A stretch of DNA of 64,000 bases. It comes from a virus. The notes beneath the pieces are model-generated. The model ran no database searches, was not told the DNA's origin, and saw only the letters and a program-made list of their open reading frames with translations. Below, one piece after another: positions 39,001 through 46,639 of this stretch. The DNA is taken from positions 1 to 64,000 of IMG/VR virus record IMGVR_UViG_3300020159_000429; one strand, given 5' to 3'. The number at the start of each line of letters is the position of its first letter. Positions within the stretch are counted from its first letter, which is position 1. The translations under genes were made by a program, and so were the position numbers.

Positions 39001-41674
39001 TAATAGGATAGACAAATACTATACTCCAAAGGATGGTTATTTAGGAGTAGAAAAAAATCGAATTAACCCCAATGACAATTTGAGTGAAATTGTATCAGAT
39101 TATTCTCAACTTGTAACAGGTATTGATTACGGCGGCACTATTGTTCAAGGTGCTACATTTGATGTTGGAGCAGGCTGGGATGCTCTTCCATGGTTCACAG
39201 AAGGCTGGGACAGTGCTGAATTAAGCGAATCAGACTTTTATGTACTAGTTGACGGAAGCACTACATCTGTTGCGTTACCAGAAATTCCAGCACAAGGTAC
39301 TAATATCAACGTCTATGTTAAACGATCTACTACTGGTAAAACTGTTAGGTTAGATTATCACACATTTGACGAGTATCAACTGAACAATTCAATTGAAGAT
39401 GTTCCGCCGGAAAATGCTGTTATGAACACATTTATTGGAGACGGATCAACCGCGTCAATCTTATTACCACAAACAGCTAACCTTGAGTCTGGAGATTTAT
39501 TAATATTCCGTCCAGATACTAGTGACGGCAGTTTAACAATTGGCGGAAGAAACAGTATTGACGCTTATATTTCTGGCGGTTCGTTATCTGGGATGTCGCC
39601 TTATTCAACCGCTACCGGAACTACAGCTGCAGAAATATTACTTGACGGCGATCGATTTATTAGCCCTGAACAAGTTCCAGCACCAGAAGAAAATGTTCCA
39701 GGTCAAGTATTAGAAACTTTAAGTTTCAAAGTATTCCATACATTAAGAAGCGGATCGGCATCGGTGTTGTCAAGAATTTATATTGCTGACGGAACATCGG
39801 TATTGTTTAATATTGGTCAATCTATTATCAACAATTCTAATATAATTGTGTTTGTTAACAAAGTTAAAAAACTATTAAACACTGATTTTATTATTGATCC
39901 GTCGACAAATGATATTCGATTTATTGGCACCGCACCAGCCAATAATAACATTATTGAAATCTTCAGTATGGGCGGCGGCGGTCAGGGTATACTAGATTAT
40001 ATTGAATTTGTTGGTGACGGAAATACTCGATATTTCTTAACAGGAGCAAGTTTTAGCGAAACAACAACAATATTTGCCAGCGTTGATAATCAAGAAGTAG
40101 ATGTTGGATTTATTAACAGTAGTCAGTTAACAGAAACTAAAAACAACACATTAGTTGAGTTTGGTGTTGCTCCTGCTATTGGAACAAAAATCATACTTAT
40201 ACCACTATCTAATGATAACAGACCGTTAATCAAAATAAATCATTTTGACATTGTGTTAGATGGTAACACAGAAGAATATGCTATTCCAATGTTCAGCGGA
40301 TTAGATATTGACCCTGCCGGGGATATGATAGTTGAACTTAACGGAGAATTGTTACGCACTGTCGAAACAACATATAAAGTGTATGATGGAAATAATAGAA
40401 TACCAATTGGTTTAGATACTCCGAGAGCTCCTGGCACTGTTATCTTTACAGATCTTCGTGTGTTTATTGATAATGTTTTAAAAACATTTGGTATAGATTT
40501 TATATTCACATCTGAAGACAATACTGTAACTTTAATTAGGCCAGTTAACATTGGAGCAGTTATCCGTATTGAAGATTCATCTGGTGGACAATATAGTATA
40601 CTAGGTACATCTATTGTACTAGGACAAACTGCTGCTTTCTCTACAGGTGATACATTGTCTGTAACATGGTTTGATCGTTATACTGAATTAGACATAATCA
40701 AAGATGAGTTTACTGGCGGAAAAGTTAGCTATTCTTTACAAAGACCGCTACTGGGACTATCGTATGTTTGGGTTTATCAGAATGGCGAACGCTTAATTCC
40801 TGATATAGATTTTTATGTAGAATTACCAAGAACTGTATATCTACGTAATCCTACTACAGATACAGATATAATTGAGACTGTTAGTTTTGGCGATGTATTA
40901 TATACCGCACCGTTATCTTTTGAAATTTTTAAAGATGTGTTGAATAGAAATCATTACAATAGATATCGAATTACTGAGTTAAATCTTTCTAAAGATTTGT
41001 ATTATTACGATAATGATCTTTCTTTAAATAATGCAAGTTCGTTACCAACTCCAAGTAAAGGACAGCCTGGAATTATAACTATCCAAGGTGAAAAAATACA
41101 GTATCTTTCTAAAGAAGGAAATATTCTTAAAAATATTAGACGCGGTATGTTTGGAACATCAATCAAATCCGTACATTCCCAAGGTACTACAGTTGTTGAT
41201 ACCGGATATTTAGAATTCATGCCGTATCAAGAATCCCAAGAAAAGGAAGATTTTGTGTCTGACGGTACATCTAATTTAATTGGACCGCTATCATTTGTGC
41301 CTGAAAAAACAGTAGTTTCTAACTGGCACAGAGATACAATTCCTGAGAGTTTTGGCCGTTGTGACTATATTGAAGTCTTTGCCGGTGGCCGCCGTCTAAG
41401 AAAAGATGCTATTCAAGTTTACAATTCAACAGTTGGAGCATACAGTCCTGCTGGTGACGTAACTGTAGAAGCAGAATTCTCTGTAGATGGAATTACAGAA
41501 AATATTAGATTGACTACCGCCGTAGCAGCTGGTACACGAATTACAGTTATTCGCAGACAGGGTAGATTGTGGTATGATCGCGGTGATACAACCGCTACAA
41601 CAGGTCAAGGATTAAGCTATAGCGACACCGCTAATGCTAAGTTCTTACAAAATAGCAGTACAAAATTAACATAA
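27005..41674 (+). CDS. Giant 4889-aa virion/baseplate protein (gp7 position) with carbohydrate-binding-like and FG-GAP-like repeats
   Basis: Uninterrupted ORF after gp6; repeated W/F-x5-Y-x2-G-x2-V-x-Y modules; GxxFG...VSAP blades; GxGY repeats. Confidence 0.8.
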   Translation: MSNKIFKKSELPLRRTVELLPDTFKTSTNDKFLSATLDALVQPGTLDRLSGFVGRKYGKTYNSRDIYVDAEASLRSAYQLEPSVVVEANGKVKKSYDYIDLKNQLKFFSNISERDDIVTNQKQYTWSPPVDWDKFVNYREYYWLPVGPETLSVAGQTEEVESTYRVRSDGQNEWIFYPDGLKRNPQLTLYRGQTYSFDVNSPGDPFFIRTGNLLGEQLNYNKGVTNNGTEVGTVTFQIPLDAPDLLYYQSGTNINRVGSFVVASVTDNSFINVEQEVLGKINYTSSNNVVFTNGLKIQFIGKVEPAIYKGTTWLVEGVGESIKLVNFAELEIPPIEVSDIEITFDDGGFDTQPFDDASSYPTRKDYITINKASNDKNPWSRYNRWFHRSVIEYSAAKNGVPPAVTEIDRAKRPIVEFQPNLQLFNHGSVSKKSIDLIDNFTSDVFSTIEGSAGYNIDGQQLNDGDRVLFVNDPDPFVKNKIFVVNFIRVQTSANILNRIQISLVEAEDSNPVFGESVIVSKGSPSNKGRMFHFDGDNWVKSQLKTKINQSPLFDLYDSDGVSFSDSQRYETSTFFGSELLSYKVGTGPVDTELDFPLSYLNINNSGDIVFEVDFETDKFVYQSAGQTVVGTTASGFFKNTESNEFSNSWIDYNSTLYQPIVETTLVSTNTNTIESKACLWTTDATEHILFYINGEKFNGTFTDSIGVESRTFVFDQTFNSGDVVTIKIYTDANPDLGYYEIPLPLEKNPLNQNLTQFTLGQANDHVRSMIEVDTGFQGIFPGSSNIRDISNYRQNGRRFIKHSGLSVAAYPLMCDKDINLVKSLRYAASEYEKFKNNFIKLAGDLNFDQRSTIEFVDVILEKMSKTNVIEFPFSTSDMIGSGAFRAINYTVEDEGITTFALSQKFDLETISQQAVYVYVNDLQLLYKFDYEFDSTFGFVKLLVELHEGDRIEIREYLSTSYNFIPETPTKLGLYKKFTPRIYLDNTFIEPAEVIQGHDGSIIIAFGDFRDQVILELEKRIYNNIKINYDSSIYDIDSLSGGYQANALFEIDVVNAVIEPEFLKWANNLGIDIYKNDIYQAENPFTYTYFRASDKQKRVKLPQAWRGIYNYLYDTDRPHICPWEMLGFSEQPVWWEDEYGPAPYTRGNLLLWEDLEQGLIRQGPTAGINLRYARPGLLTYLPVNDIGQLLSPQEATAIIDYSLNRINEDYQFGDHGPVENAWRRSSLYPFSLMIAAAILTPFDFISSNFDKTKITKNILGQLVDKNTGTFINKDSLIYSLENSPAGVFTYVQNYLKFNSMNLSVLTDIFKNIDVKLTHRIGGFVEKDRQRYILESKSPTSKSAAVFIPPEDYQIIFNTSTPVKSISYSGMVVEKVDGGFKLFGYDRLNSFFTCYDFYQQLNDPTLTVGGISEKYLDWDAERFYGKGTVVRYQSLYYRCITNHTSGATFISENFVRLPTLPLTGAIESIKRTKFNKTSLKRVAYNSVFTTIQEVVDVILGYSEWLTDQGLVFDEFNKDLASPNDWELSAKEFMFWTSHNWAVGALIALSPAAAMLKIANVGSVAENILDNFYDYNIFRNDGTKIPASDIQVYRSYNEFILTPLDTTAEGIYFAKINFVQKEHVAVFNDKTMFGDVIFDKGPGYRQERMKLVGFRTTDWDGDYTSPGFIYDEANIDPWESFKDYKLGDIVQYRQYYYVTKKSHTGTSEFDANNWERLDSYPTAGLVANFDYKINQIEDYFELGYQGIDDTEKQLARHTIGYQKRNYLEELAQDEVTQFRIYQGFIREKGTQNSITKIFDKLSKLDQDAIELKEEWAFLLGSFGGSAQFKELELLIDQKDIKLNPQPIIIDSRGLSKVNYQNYILTAPNNFTIGNADYKFPTKTYPVAESSAGYVYSGDVDFIVKTRDNLYALDINQLKDGSTVWVTFDNTGWTVLRYTITDVIIGAVAVVDTTSVTMETNKPHGIKVGEIIGINNVRFLEGFWKVKLVAPTTIIIEIAGYDEEPVIDESSFATISIFEPLRVGSYDSLVSDRFAAYREGTKTWLDDNGSGNWEVLEKRRVYSPISVANYGVAFPTGTGKSVLFIEGRNQTVSANPGQVVPTGEVIRESAVVVYGQSQEGLIPLQILNPNSNLRSVFLGTYGEVLSASKDGRWLMVGSPKVSNIPSNYKETFSPTATYNPGDTVLYAGKLWQAQRTVLGDGSTIDIASDDWSPATEHLANPLGIGLYDVNQGYRQQGALEIFEYDEVFSQYQLRHTIISPRPAHGEHFASTITLGKREGIEGTSGDVTLTISAIDEVGGILAVSAQGESGLVDARFSNVSGIDISLPGSNATFDVLKSNNTYTVLVRTGGTRYAVGDRIKITGSNLLGLTPFNDLIITVTAVTSSGEIVGSATYNNISGINSILPAVAATFRVAKSDTRYSVTKIIGGQGYASRSIVRYSGRLYACIKDTRVDFGVWDPNRTYQIGDVVKYPANSTAYYTALGLNTGVLPTNETTWEVAEPIFPTNQEYWEQVSGAIFAETAVEWSDLNLQGTRINYTAGTIIVIPGSQLGGIDGQHNITIRINSVTAETAIDNYSFRGTASSGIIWSGVGTSGERQFNDLQGEDISEPGQGAIFDVIRENGNYLAVVNVAGTRYNVGDQIRLLGTTLGGVEESYYMLVGAPGSRDESGRSYLYKFDGAGWKHLDDPNFVGVYTSSKNYPVGSRVWYNTSYWQAIENVPALPNNQPGVGSWEEVAEINVGIMPASAAYVDDGSTIQQGLLGDVEFLNIGSNFGTSSAFNKDASLLVVSAPKNDTADFENFRGVWKNNINYSVGQVVKKGIFYYNCLINNVNTAPETAQSVWQENTDSTLGKTGAVFVYERDEFDTYNLIQTIDADQVELEAGDEFGHKSILTESGTRLFVSAPNFDYLGKDQGSVFIFDKVAGQFVLTQKLNGIVMEPGERFGANISVSPDEKTLAISAEGARTYKTTIFDSGQTAFDRFVTNFRDSQGITGKVYVYNNFTGAFVLSEILDQGLNTNEDFGQGLAVANSSIIVGSPSYISDDPAFNTVRIGRLQKFDKVPGVKPWYTIRKQTDQVNIDLLKTLSLYDKFNNVKIADIDILDPYKGKILSEADQHINFKTSYDPAVYSVGTDLSAVDIDQSWQSDKVGLIWWDLSAIKWNLSEQDSLAFRNGNWGSSAVGSSVDIYEWVESSLRPSEWNQITETSEAFVEGISGTALYGDDSNYSVRVILDTTTGLPLNTIYYYWVKNKSTIPPAVNRIFSAQQIASYISSPASSGLPYALLTSENTLSLVNTSSVVDQDEFIINIQFYEEEKDINLVHTEYQLLSEGALALPNTELENKWIDSLIGEDIAGQAVPDRKLSSKLRYGISARPRQTMFVNRNNAVNLTIEYINNILKNKPFAENIDYINLNLIDNAPSNIKNLYDQVLETEAELRFIATSKIKTAVLKANIVNGHINTVDVIDGGYGYKLPPSIKIVGSGTGASLRTVLNQNGSITSVTVVNQGKKYLTASLIVRPFSVLVNTDSTVNNFWSIYSLDEKNKEFYRSATQSFDTTKFWNKVDWWLPPFNNTSKIRKSIAGLYEEPGLELALGELVRLDNYGAGGWAVLERVTADQADIAGKYRLVGRKLGTIQIINKFYNTDIESTGYDLTQAFDSNKYDTSAAIEFRNILRAVKEDIFVDELAVEWNKLFFACVRCVFSEQLYVDWAFKTSFVNATHNVGYLEKKLNYKNDNLSSYQSYIEEVKPYRTKIRNYVSKYFNIENANQVTTDFDLPPVWDANTNSVKIINSNSLEIDQYPWKLWKDNNHYSVVEIKLVSVGTGYSSVPQIVFVGGGGSGATAQAYISNGKISKILLTNPGSGYTSAPTVSVVGGVGSNLQNAAKAIAVIGDSKVRTFDMKIKFDRISKTPKFKSYSFDEKFKETENFVAGNKQTAYRLKYAPSLDQSTISVSVNGGRLLASQYSITLSEERINGVTELVGNLILNVAANLNGVVSITYQKNDEILDSLNRIDKYYTPKDGYLGVEKNRINPNDNLSEIVSDYSQLVTGIDYGGTIVQGATFDVGAGWDALPWFTEGWDSAELSESDFYVLVDGSTTSVALPEIPAQGTNINVYVKRSTTGKTVRLDYHTFDEYQLNNSIEDVPPENAVMNTFIGDGSTASILLPQTANLESGDLLIFRPDTSDGSLTIGGRNSIDAYISGGSLSGMSPYSTATGTTAAEILLDGDRFISPEQVPAPEENVPGQVLETLSFKVFHTLRSGSASVLSRIYIADGTSVLFNIGQSIINNSNIIVFVNKVKKLLNTDFIIDPSTNDIRFIGTAPANNNIIEIFSMGGGGQGILDYIEFVGDGNTRYFLTGASFSETTTIFASVDNQEVDVGFINSSQLTETKNNTLVEFGVAPAIGTKIILIPLSNDNRPLIKINHFDIVLDGNTEEYAIPMFSGLDIDPAGDMIVELNGELLRTVETTYKVYDGNNRIPIGLDTPRAPGTVIFTDLRVFIDNVLKTFGIDFIFTSEDNTVTLIRPVNIGAVIRIEDSSGGQYSILGTSIVLGQTAAFSTGDTLSVTWFDRYTELDIIKDEFTGGKVSYSLQRPLLGLSYVWVYQNGERLIPDIDFYVELPRTVYLRNPTTDTDIIETVSFGDVLYTAPLSFEIFKDVLNRNHYNRYRITELNLSKDLYYYDNDLSLNNASSLPTPSKGQPGIITIQGEKIQYLSKEGNILKNIRRGMFGTSIKSVHSQGTTVVDTGYLEFMPYQESQEKEDFVSDGTSNLIGPLSFVPEKTVVSNWHRDTIPESFGRCDYIEVFAGGRRLRKDAIQVYNSTVGAYSPAGDVTVEAEFSVDGITENIRLTTAVAAGTRITVIRRQGRLWYDRGDTTATTGQGLSYSDTANAKFLQNSSTKLT

Positions 41675-41680
41675 TAAATA
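41673..41680 (+). promoter_or_regulatory. T4-type late promoter
   Basis: AATAAATA overlapping the giant ORF's stop codon, 6 nt before ATG 41687. Confidence 0.6.
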
Positions 41681-41686
41681 CATGAT

Positions 41687-42349
41687 ATGAATAAAGATGA
41701 GTCTAAAACTATGCTAGAACAACCTACACAGCAACAAATTACTGAAAAGAAACCCGACGAAAAAGGTGGGTTTCACGTTGAGGGTCATATAAAGATATTT
41801 GATCCAGAAACCAACGAAGTCTTAATTGACAAAAGAAATGCTATTCACTACGAAAATATGTCGGTAGCAATGGCACAAAGTTTATCAAATCAAGGACAGG
41901 GATGGATCTCAGCAATGGTATTTGGTAATGGCGGAACGGTTGTAGATCCTACAGGATTAATCACGTACCTTACACCAAACACCAACGGCACAAACTCTAG
42001 TCTTTATTCGCAAACATACAGTAAAGTAGTAGATCAAAATTCTGCTACTAATAACGACCCAATTAGAAATAAGATGGAAATTAGGCACATAACTGGAGCA
42101 ACTTATACAGATATTGTTGTTAGTTGCTTACTAGATTACGGAGAGCCAAGTTCACAGGAAGCATTTGATAATTCTGTTGATATGGCAGGCGAGTTCGTAT
42201 TTGATGAACTTGGCCTCAAAGCCGCTGGCACAGACAAATTATTAACACACGTTATTTTTCACCCTGTACAGAAGTCATTAAACAGACTTATTCAGATTGA
42301 TTACACAATTAGAATACAGAGCTTAACTGGTTTTACTGAGGTACAATAA
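41687..42349 (+). CDS. Putative virion structural protein
   Basis: 220 aa, beta-rich, between the giant protein and the fibre cluster; TAATG-coupled to the next gene. Confidence 0.6.
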   Translation: MNKDESKTMLEQPTQQQITEKKPDEKGGFHVEGHIKIFDPETNEVLIDKRNAIHYENMSVAMAQSLSNQGQGWISAMVFGNGGTVVDPTGLITYLTPNTNGTNSSLYSQTYSKVVDQNSATNNDPIRNKMEIRHITGATYTDIVVSCLLDYGEPSSQEAFDNSVDMAGEFVFDELGLKAAGTDKLLTHVIFHPVQKSLNRLIQIDYTIRIQSLTGFTEVQ

Positions 42350-44542
42350 TGGCATATAACGTAAATTTTACCGACAGCACATTACATCCAGAACCGTTGT
42401 CGGTTCCTGATAATTTTCCTAATACATCAACTAGCCTTTCTTTGCCTGGTAGAAACCAAACTGGATATGGTAAATCGATTGCTGAAAACTTTATTCATCT
42501 TTTAGAAAATTTTGCCAGCGGAACACCTCCATCATCAGCAGAGTCGATAGTTGGGCAACTTTGGTTTAATTCTGATGAAAATAAACTTTATGTATTTGAC
42601 GGAATTGATTATAAAACCCAGCAACATCAGTACAGGAGTTAACGAGCCAGATGGTGTTAGTCTAGGCGATTTATGGGTTAACTCAAGTACTCAACAATTA
42701 TATTTGTGGTCTGGTACTAACTGGGTTTTAATTGGACCTCAGTTTAGTGAAGGTACTAAATCGGGCCCATTAGTTGAAACAATTTTAGATATTGATAACG
42801 TTGAGCGTACTGTAATTATATTATATACAAAAGATGTACCAGTTTCGATTGTTAGTAAAGATAATTTTATTCCTAAAGTAGTAATACAAGGATTTCCTTC
42901 AATTGGCGCTGGTATCAACATAACATCTAGAACTGATATTTCTGAGGCAGTTGTAGCTCCGAGATTAGTGGGAGTAGCAAGAGCAGCAGATGGTCTAGTT
43001 GTAGGTACAGATGAAATACCGTCGTCTAGTTTTATCAGAACAGACACAACTGGTACTATTCAGGCACAGTTTAACGTTCGAGACGATGCTGGTTTGTTTG
43101 TAGGAACCAACGGAAATATTAATCTAGGTGTTAAATCATCTAGCGGAATTCTTTATAATTCTACTCCAGGTGCTGCTATTGACTTACAGACAACACGAAC
43201 AGGTGCTGCTGGATTGCCAACGACTGTTGTTAGAATTGTTGAAGAGCGTGTTGGTATTAACAATACCAATCCTCAACAACCTCTAGATGTAGGCGGAAAT
43301 GTCAAAGTAGCTGGCGAGTTCATTAACACATCTGAACAACAATCTTCAAATCTAAGTAATGGTGCTATACAAACAGCTGGCGGATTAGCTGTTGCTAAAA
43401 ATGTAAACATTGGCGGAGACCTATCTGTACTAAATGGTAACATTTTTTCTAAATCAATTAAACCATTAACAACATCAGAAACTATTGGTGATACTGCTAA
43501 TAGATACAGTACCATTTATGCTAATACTATTGATGCTTCAACAATCAAAGGCAACTTGAGTGGTAACATTGCTGGTAACGCACAAACCGCTACTTCTTTA
43601 CAATCTGCTACTAATTTTAAATTAGAAGGCGACGTATCAAGTAACGTTGTTGTTTTCAACGGTACAGGCAACTTAACAAAAACGTTTGTAACAACATTAA
43701 CTTCGGATATTATTTCAACTAAATCAGCATTGGGTAATGTTAGGGATACTGACGAACTGCTAGTTTATCGAAGCACACTGGGTCTAAGAAAAATGACCCG
43801 AGAAACATTTATCGACGATGCCGGAGTACCAATTGGAGCAGTATTGCCTTATGCTGGACCTATTGCTCCGGTGGGATATGTACTGTGCGACGGATCCGAA
43901 TACGAAGCTTATCGATATAGAGATCTATATGATGTGATTGGATCTAATGTCAATTACAAAAACTTAGGAAGAACAGCAAACCTTGATCTTAAAGGATCAG
44001 ACAAAGGAGCAACGTTCCGCGTGCCAGATCTAAGAGGAAGATTTGTCTTAGGCAAGCAGGACATGAATGCAGGCACTACTATTCCATTTCCGGGCGGTAA
44101 TAATAGTCCTGATGCAAGTATTCCATTATCTGAAGTTGGCGGCAACAGAGTGTTAGACACATCATCAGCAAACAATTTAGGACGTGCTGGCGGTGCTGAT
44201 CAGTATACGCTACAAACAGCTAACGTTCCTGATCACGAACATGATATGTATGGTAGAAGTTCTGCTAATTCACGGGCAACACAATATTATGCTATTACAG
44301 AATCGCCAGTATCTAATTTAGACTATCAACCAGGCGGTGCTGTATCAAATATAAGAATAGATGGTGGCACTGTAGCAAACGGTGCTCAAGCAATGGCATC
44401 GTCTGGATTAGTTAAAGTCACAGATGAAAATAAAAGAAGACCAGGATTTGCTGATTCGCAAACCGGCAAGCCTTTCACAGTAATGAATCCGTTTATCACG
44501 TTGAACTACATTATTAGAAGTGGAAGACCAAACAATGACTAA
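42349..44542 (+). CDS. Tail fibre with collar domain, split by a +1 frameshift at about 42613-42616
   Basis: ORF 42349-42642 has the shared fibre N-terminus. The +1 frame continues into the second GDLW repeat and the collar motif PIGAVLPYAG...CDGS...PDLRGRF. Deleting one A gives a 730-aa ORF. Confidence 0.75.
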
Positions 44543-44554
44543 TGGAGCGAGTTA

Positions 44555-46624
44555 ATGGCGTATACCGTAAATAAAACAGATGGGTCAATAGTAGCCACTG
44601 TATCTGATGGACAAATTGATCAGGGCTCAACAGACTTAACACTAATTGGTAAAAATTTTAGTGGGTTTGGTGATTACCTTAATGAAAATTTTATCCATCT
44701 GCTAGAAAACTTTGCCGGACAATCACAACCTGGTCAACCTATTGTTGGACAATTATGGTTTGACACTTCAGAAAATAGAATTAAAGTATATTCCGGCAGC
44801 GAATGGAAATCAGTAGGCACATCGTCATTATCAGTATCTAGGCCGTTAGACATTAGTACTGGTGACTTTTGGTACAATACTTCAACTGCTCAATTGTTTT
44901 TCTTTGATGGAACTAGAGATGTACTAGTAGCACCTCTATATAGTTCCGCTCAGGGATTCAGTGGTGTTAAGGTTGAATCTGTTGAAGACTCGGATAGACG
45001 AAATAAAGTTATTACAGGAATTTATTCCGGTGGAATTTTAATGGGCTACTATAGTGCTCAAGAATTTCAATTAAGAAACCCAATTACTGACTACAATACT
45101 GTTAATCAAAATTTAGAAGTTATTCCTAACACTTTAATAAAAATAGGTTTTAACATAGCAGACCCGGCATATAAATGGCAGGGTACAACAGTTAATTCAG
45201 ATAGGTTAGGTGATGTTGATGCTATTTCTTATGTTCGAAAAGATCTGCCTACTGTACTAACAGAGTCAGTGACCATTCAACGAAATGATGGTTTATTCTT
45301 CGGCACCGGACCGCAGGGTCAGTTGGGTGTTGAAAACTTTAGAGATGTTACTCTACGAAATACAACAGAAGACGGTAAGATAACGTTAAGGTCAACACGA
45401 GCAGGCAGTTTATTAAATTATATTGTTATAACACCTAACTCTTCTGGTACAGATCTAATACAAATTGCTCCAACAAATCCTTTAAGTTTAACAACTATTG
45501 GCGGTAGTTTAGAAATTACTGGAAACTTAACTGTGTTAGGTAACCTTGTTAGTGTTGATGTTTCAACTCTACAGGTTGAAGATAAAAATATCGAATTAGG
45601 AAAAAAATCCGACGGATCAAATATTACTGATGCTCAAGCATATAATGGTGGTGTTGTTTTAAAAGGAACAACTGACCACTACATGATATGGAACCAAGCA
45701 GAGTCAACAGTAGCCGATGAACAAGATTGGGACTTTAGTGAAAACATTGATATTCCAGCTACTAGATCTTATAAGATTGGCGGGGTTGAAGTTCTTAGAA
45801 GCAACGGAGTAACTATTGAGTTGACCTCGGCAGTTACCATAGCCCCAGGTCTTATTAGCTTTGGTTCTCAAACCAGTCTTACTGCTGACAACATTATTAT
45901 TGATGACAATAGAATTTCTAACAATGCTAGAAACACCAATTATGTAAACGGTGATCCTCCTAACCCAACAAACATAGTAATTGAACCATTGGGCGACGTG
46001 GAGTTTTTGGGAACCCCATCTCCTAGACTATTAGGAATAAGAACTACTGGTGAAGGTGCCATTAATCAAGTACAAGAAAGTTACACTTATCTTAATGCGG
46101 TTGATCCTTACGAATTACAAGAAGCTACATCTAAAAAATATGTTACTAACTTAGTTAGAACAAGAAGTATTCCGTTGACGTTAGATATTACAAAAAATAC
46201 AAACAGCGGCCAGGGTACACAAGCAGAACAGCCATTAACTAACGCAGAAATTATTGCGTTAGTTACAGAAATATGTCCACCAGATGAATACGAAGAAAAT
46301 ACACTCTGCCGTATAGCAACAACTCGATACTATCAAGAAGATATTCAGCAACAAACATTTACCATCAACTATTCTACATTGTATGAGGTAGACGGATCAG
46401 AAACACCCGGCGGCGTTGAAACACCACACGGTGTTGTATTAGACATAGAAAATCCAGTAGTCATTCCACAAAAAGCACCACCGTTGCTATTTGTAAGACG
46501 AGGATTAATTGTTTTAAGATTAGAAAATATTTCTTCAACATTAACATGGGTAGTGTTTACTGCGTTGTCTGAAGATCCGTCACCGTACCAAATTCCGTAT
46601 AGTTCATACGGCACACGATTATAA
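44555..46624 (+). CDS. Tail fibre/virion appendage protein
   Basis: Shared N-terminus GKNFSGFG..LNENFIHLLENFA...GQLWFD. Confidence 0.8.
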   Translation: MAYTVNKTDGSIVATVSDGQIDQGSTDLTLIGKNFSGFGDYLNENFIHLLENFAGQSQPGQPIVGQLWFDTSENRIKVYSGSEWKSVGTSSLSVSRPLDISTGDFWYNTSTAQLFFFDGTRDVLVAPLYSSAQGFSGVKVESVEDSDRRNKVITGIYSGGILMGYYSAQEFQLRNPITDYNTVNQNLEVIPNTLIKIGFNIADPAYKWQGTTVNSDRLGDVDAISYVRKDLPTVLTESVTIQRNDGLFFGTGPQGQLGVENFRDVTLRNTTEDGKITLRSTRAGSLLNYIVITPNSSGTDLIQIAPTNPLSLTTIGGSLEITGNLTVLGNLVSVDVSTLQVEDKNIELGKKSDGSNITDAQAYNGGVVLKGTTDHYMIWNQAESTVADEQDWDFSENIDIPATRSYKIGGVEVLRSNGVTIELTSAVTIAPGLISFGSQTSLTADNIIIDDNRISNNARNTNYVNGDPPNPTNIVIEPLGDVEFLGTPSPRLLGIRTTGEGAINQVQESYTYLNAVDPYELQEATSKKYVTNLVRTRSIPLTLDITKNTNSGQGTQAEQPLTNAEIIALVTEICPPDEYEENTLCRIATTRYYQEDIQQQTFTINYSTLYEVDGSETPGGVETPHGVVLDIENPVVIPQKAPPLLFVRRGLIVLRLENISSTLTWVVFTALSEDPSPYQIPYSSYGTRL

Positions 46625-46639
46625 TAATGGAAGAGCGAA

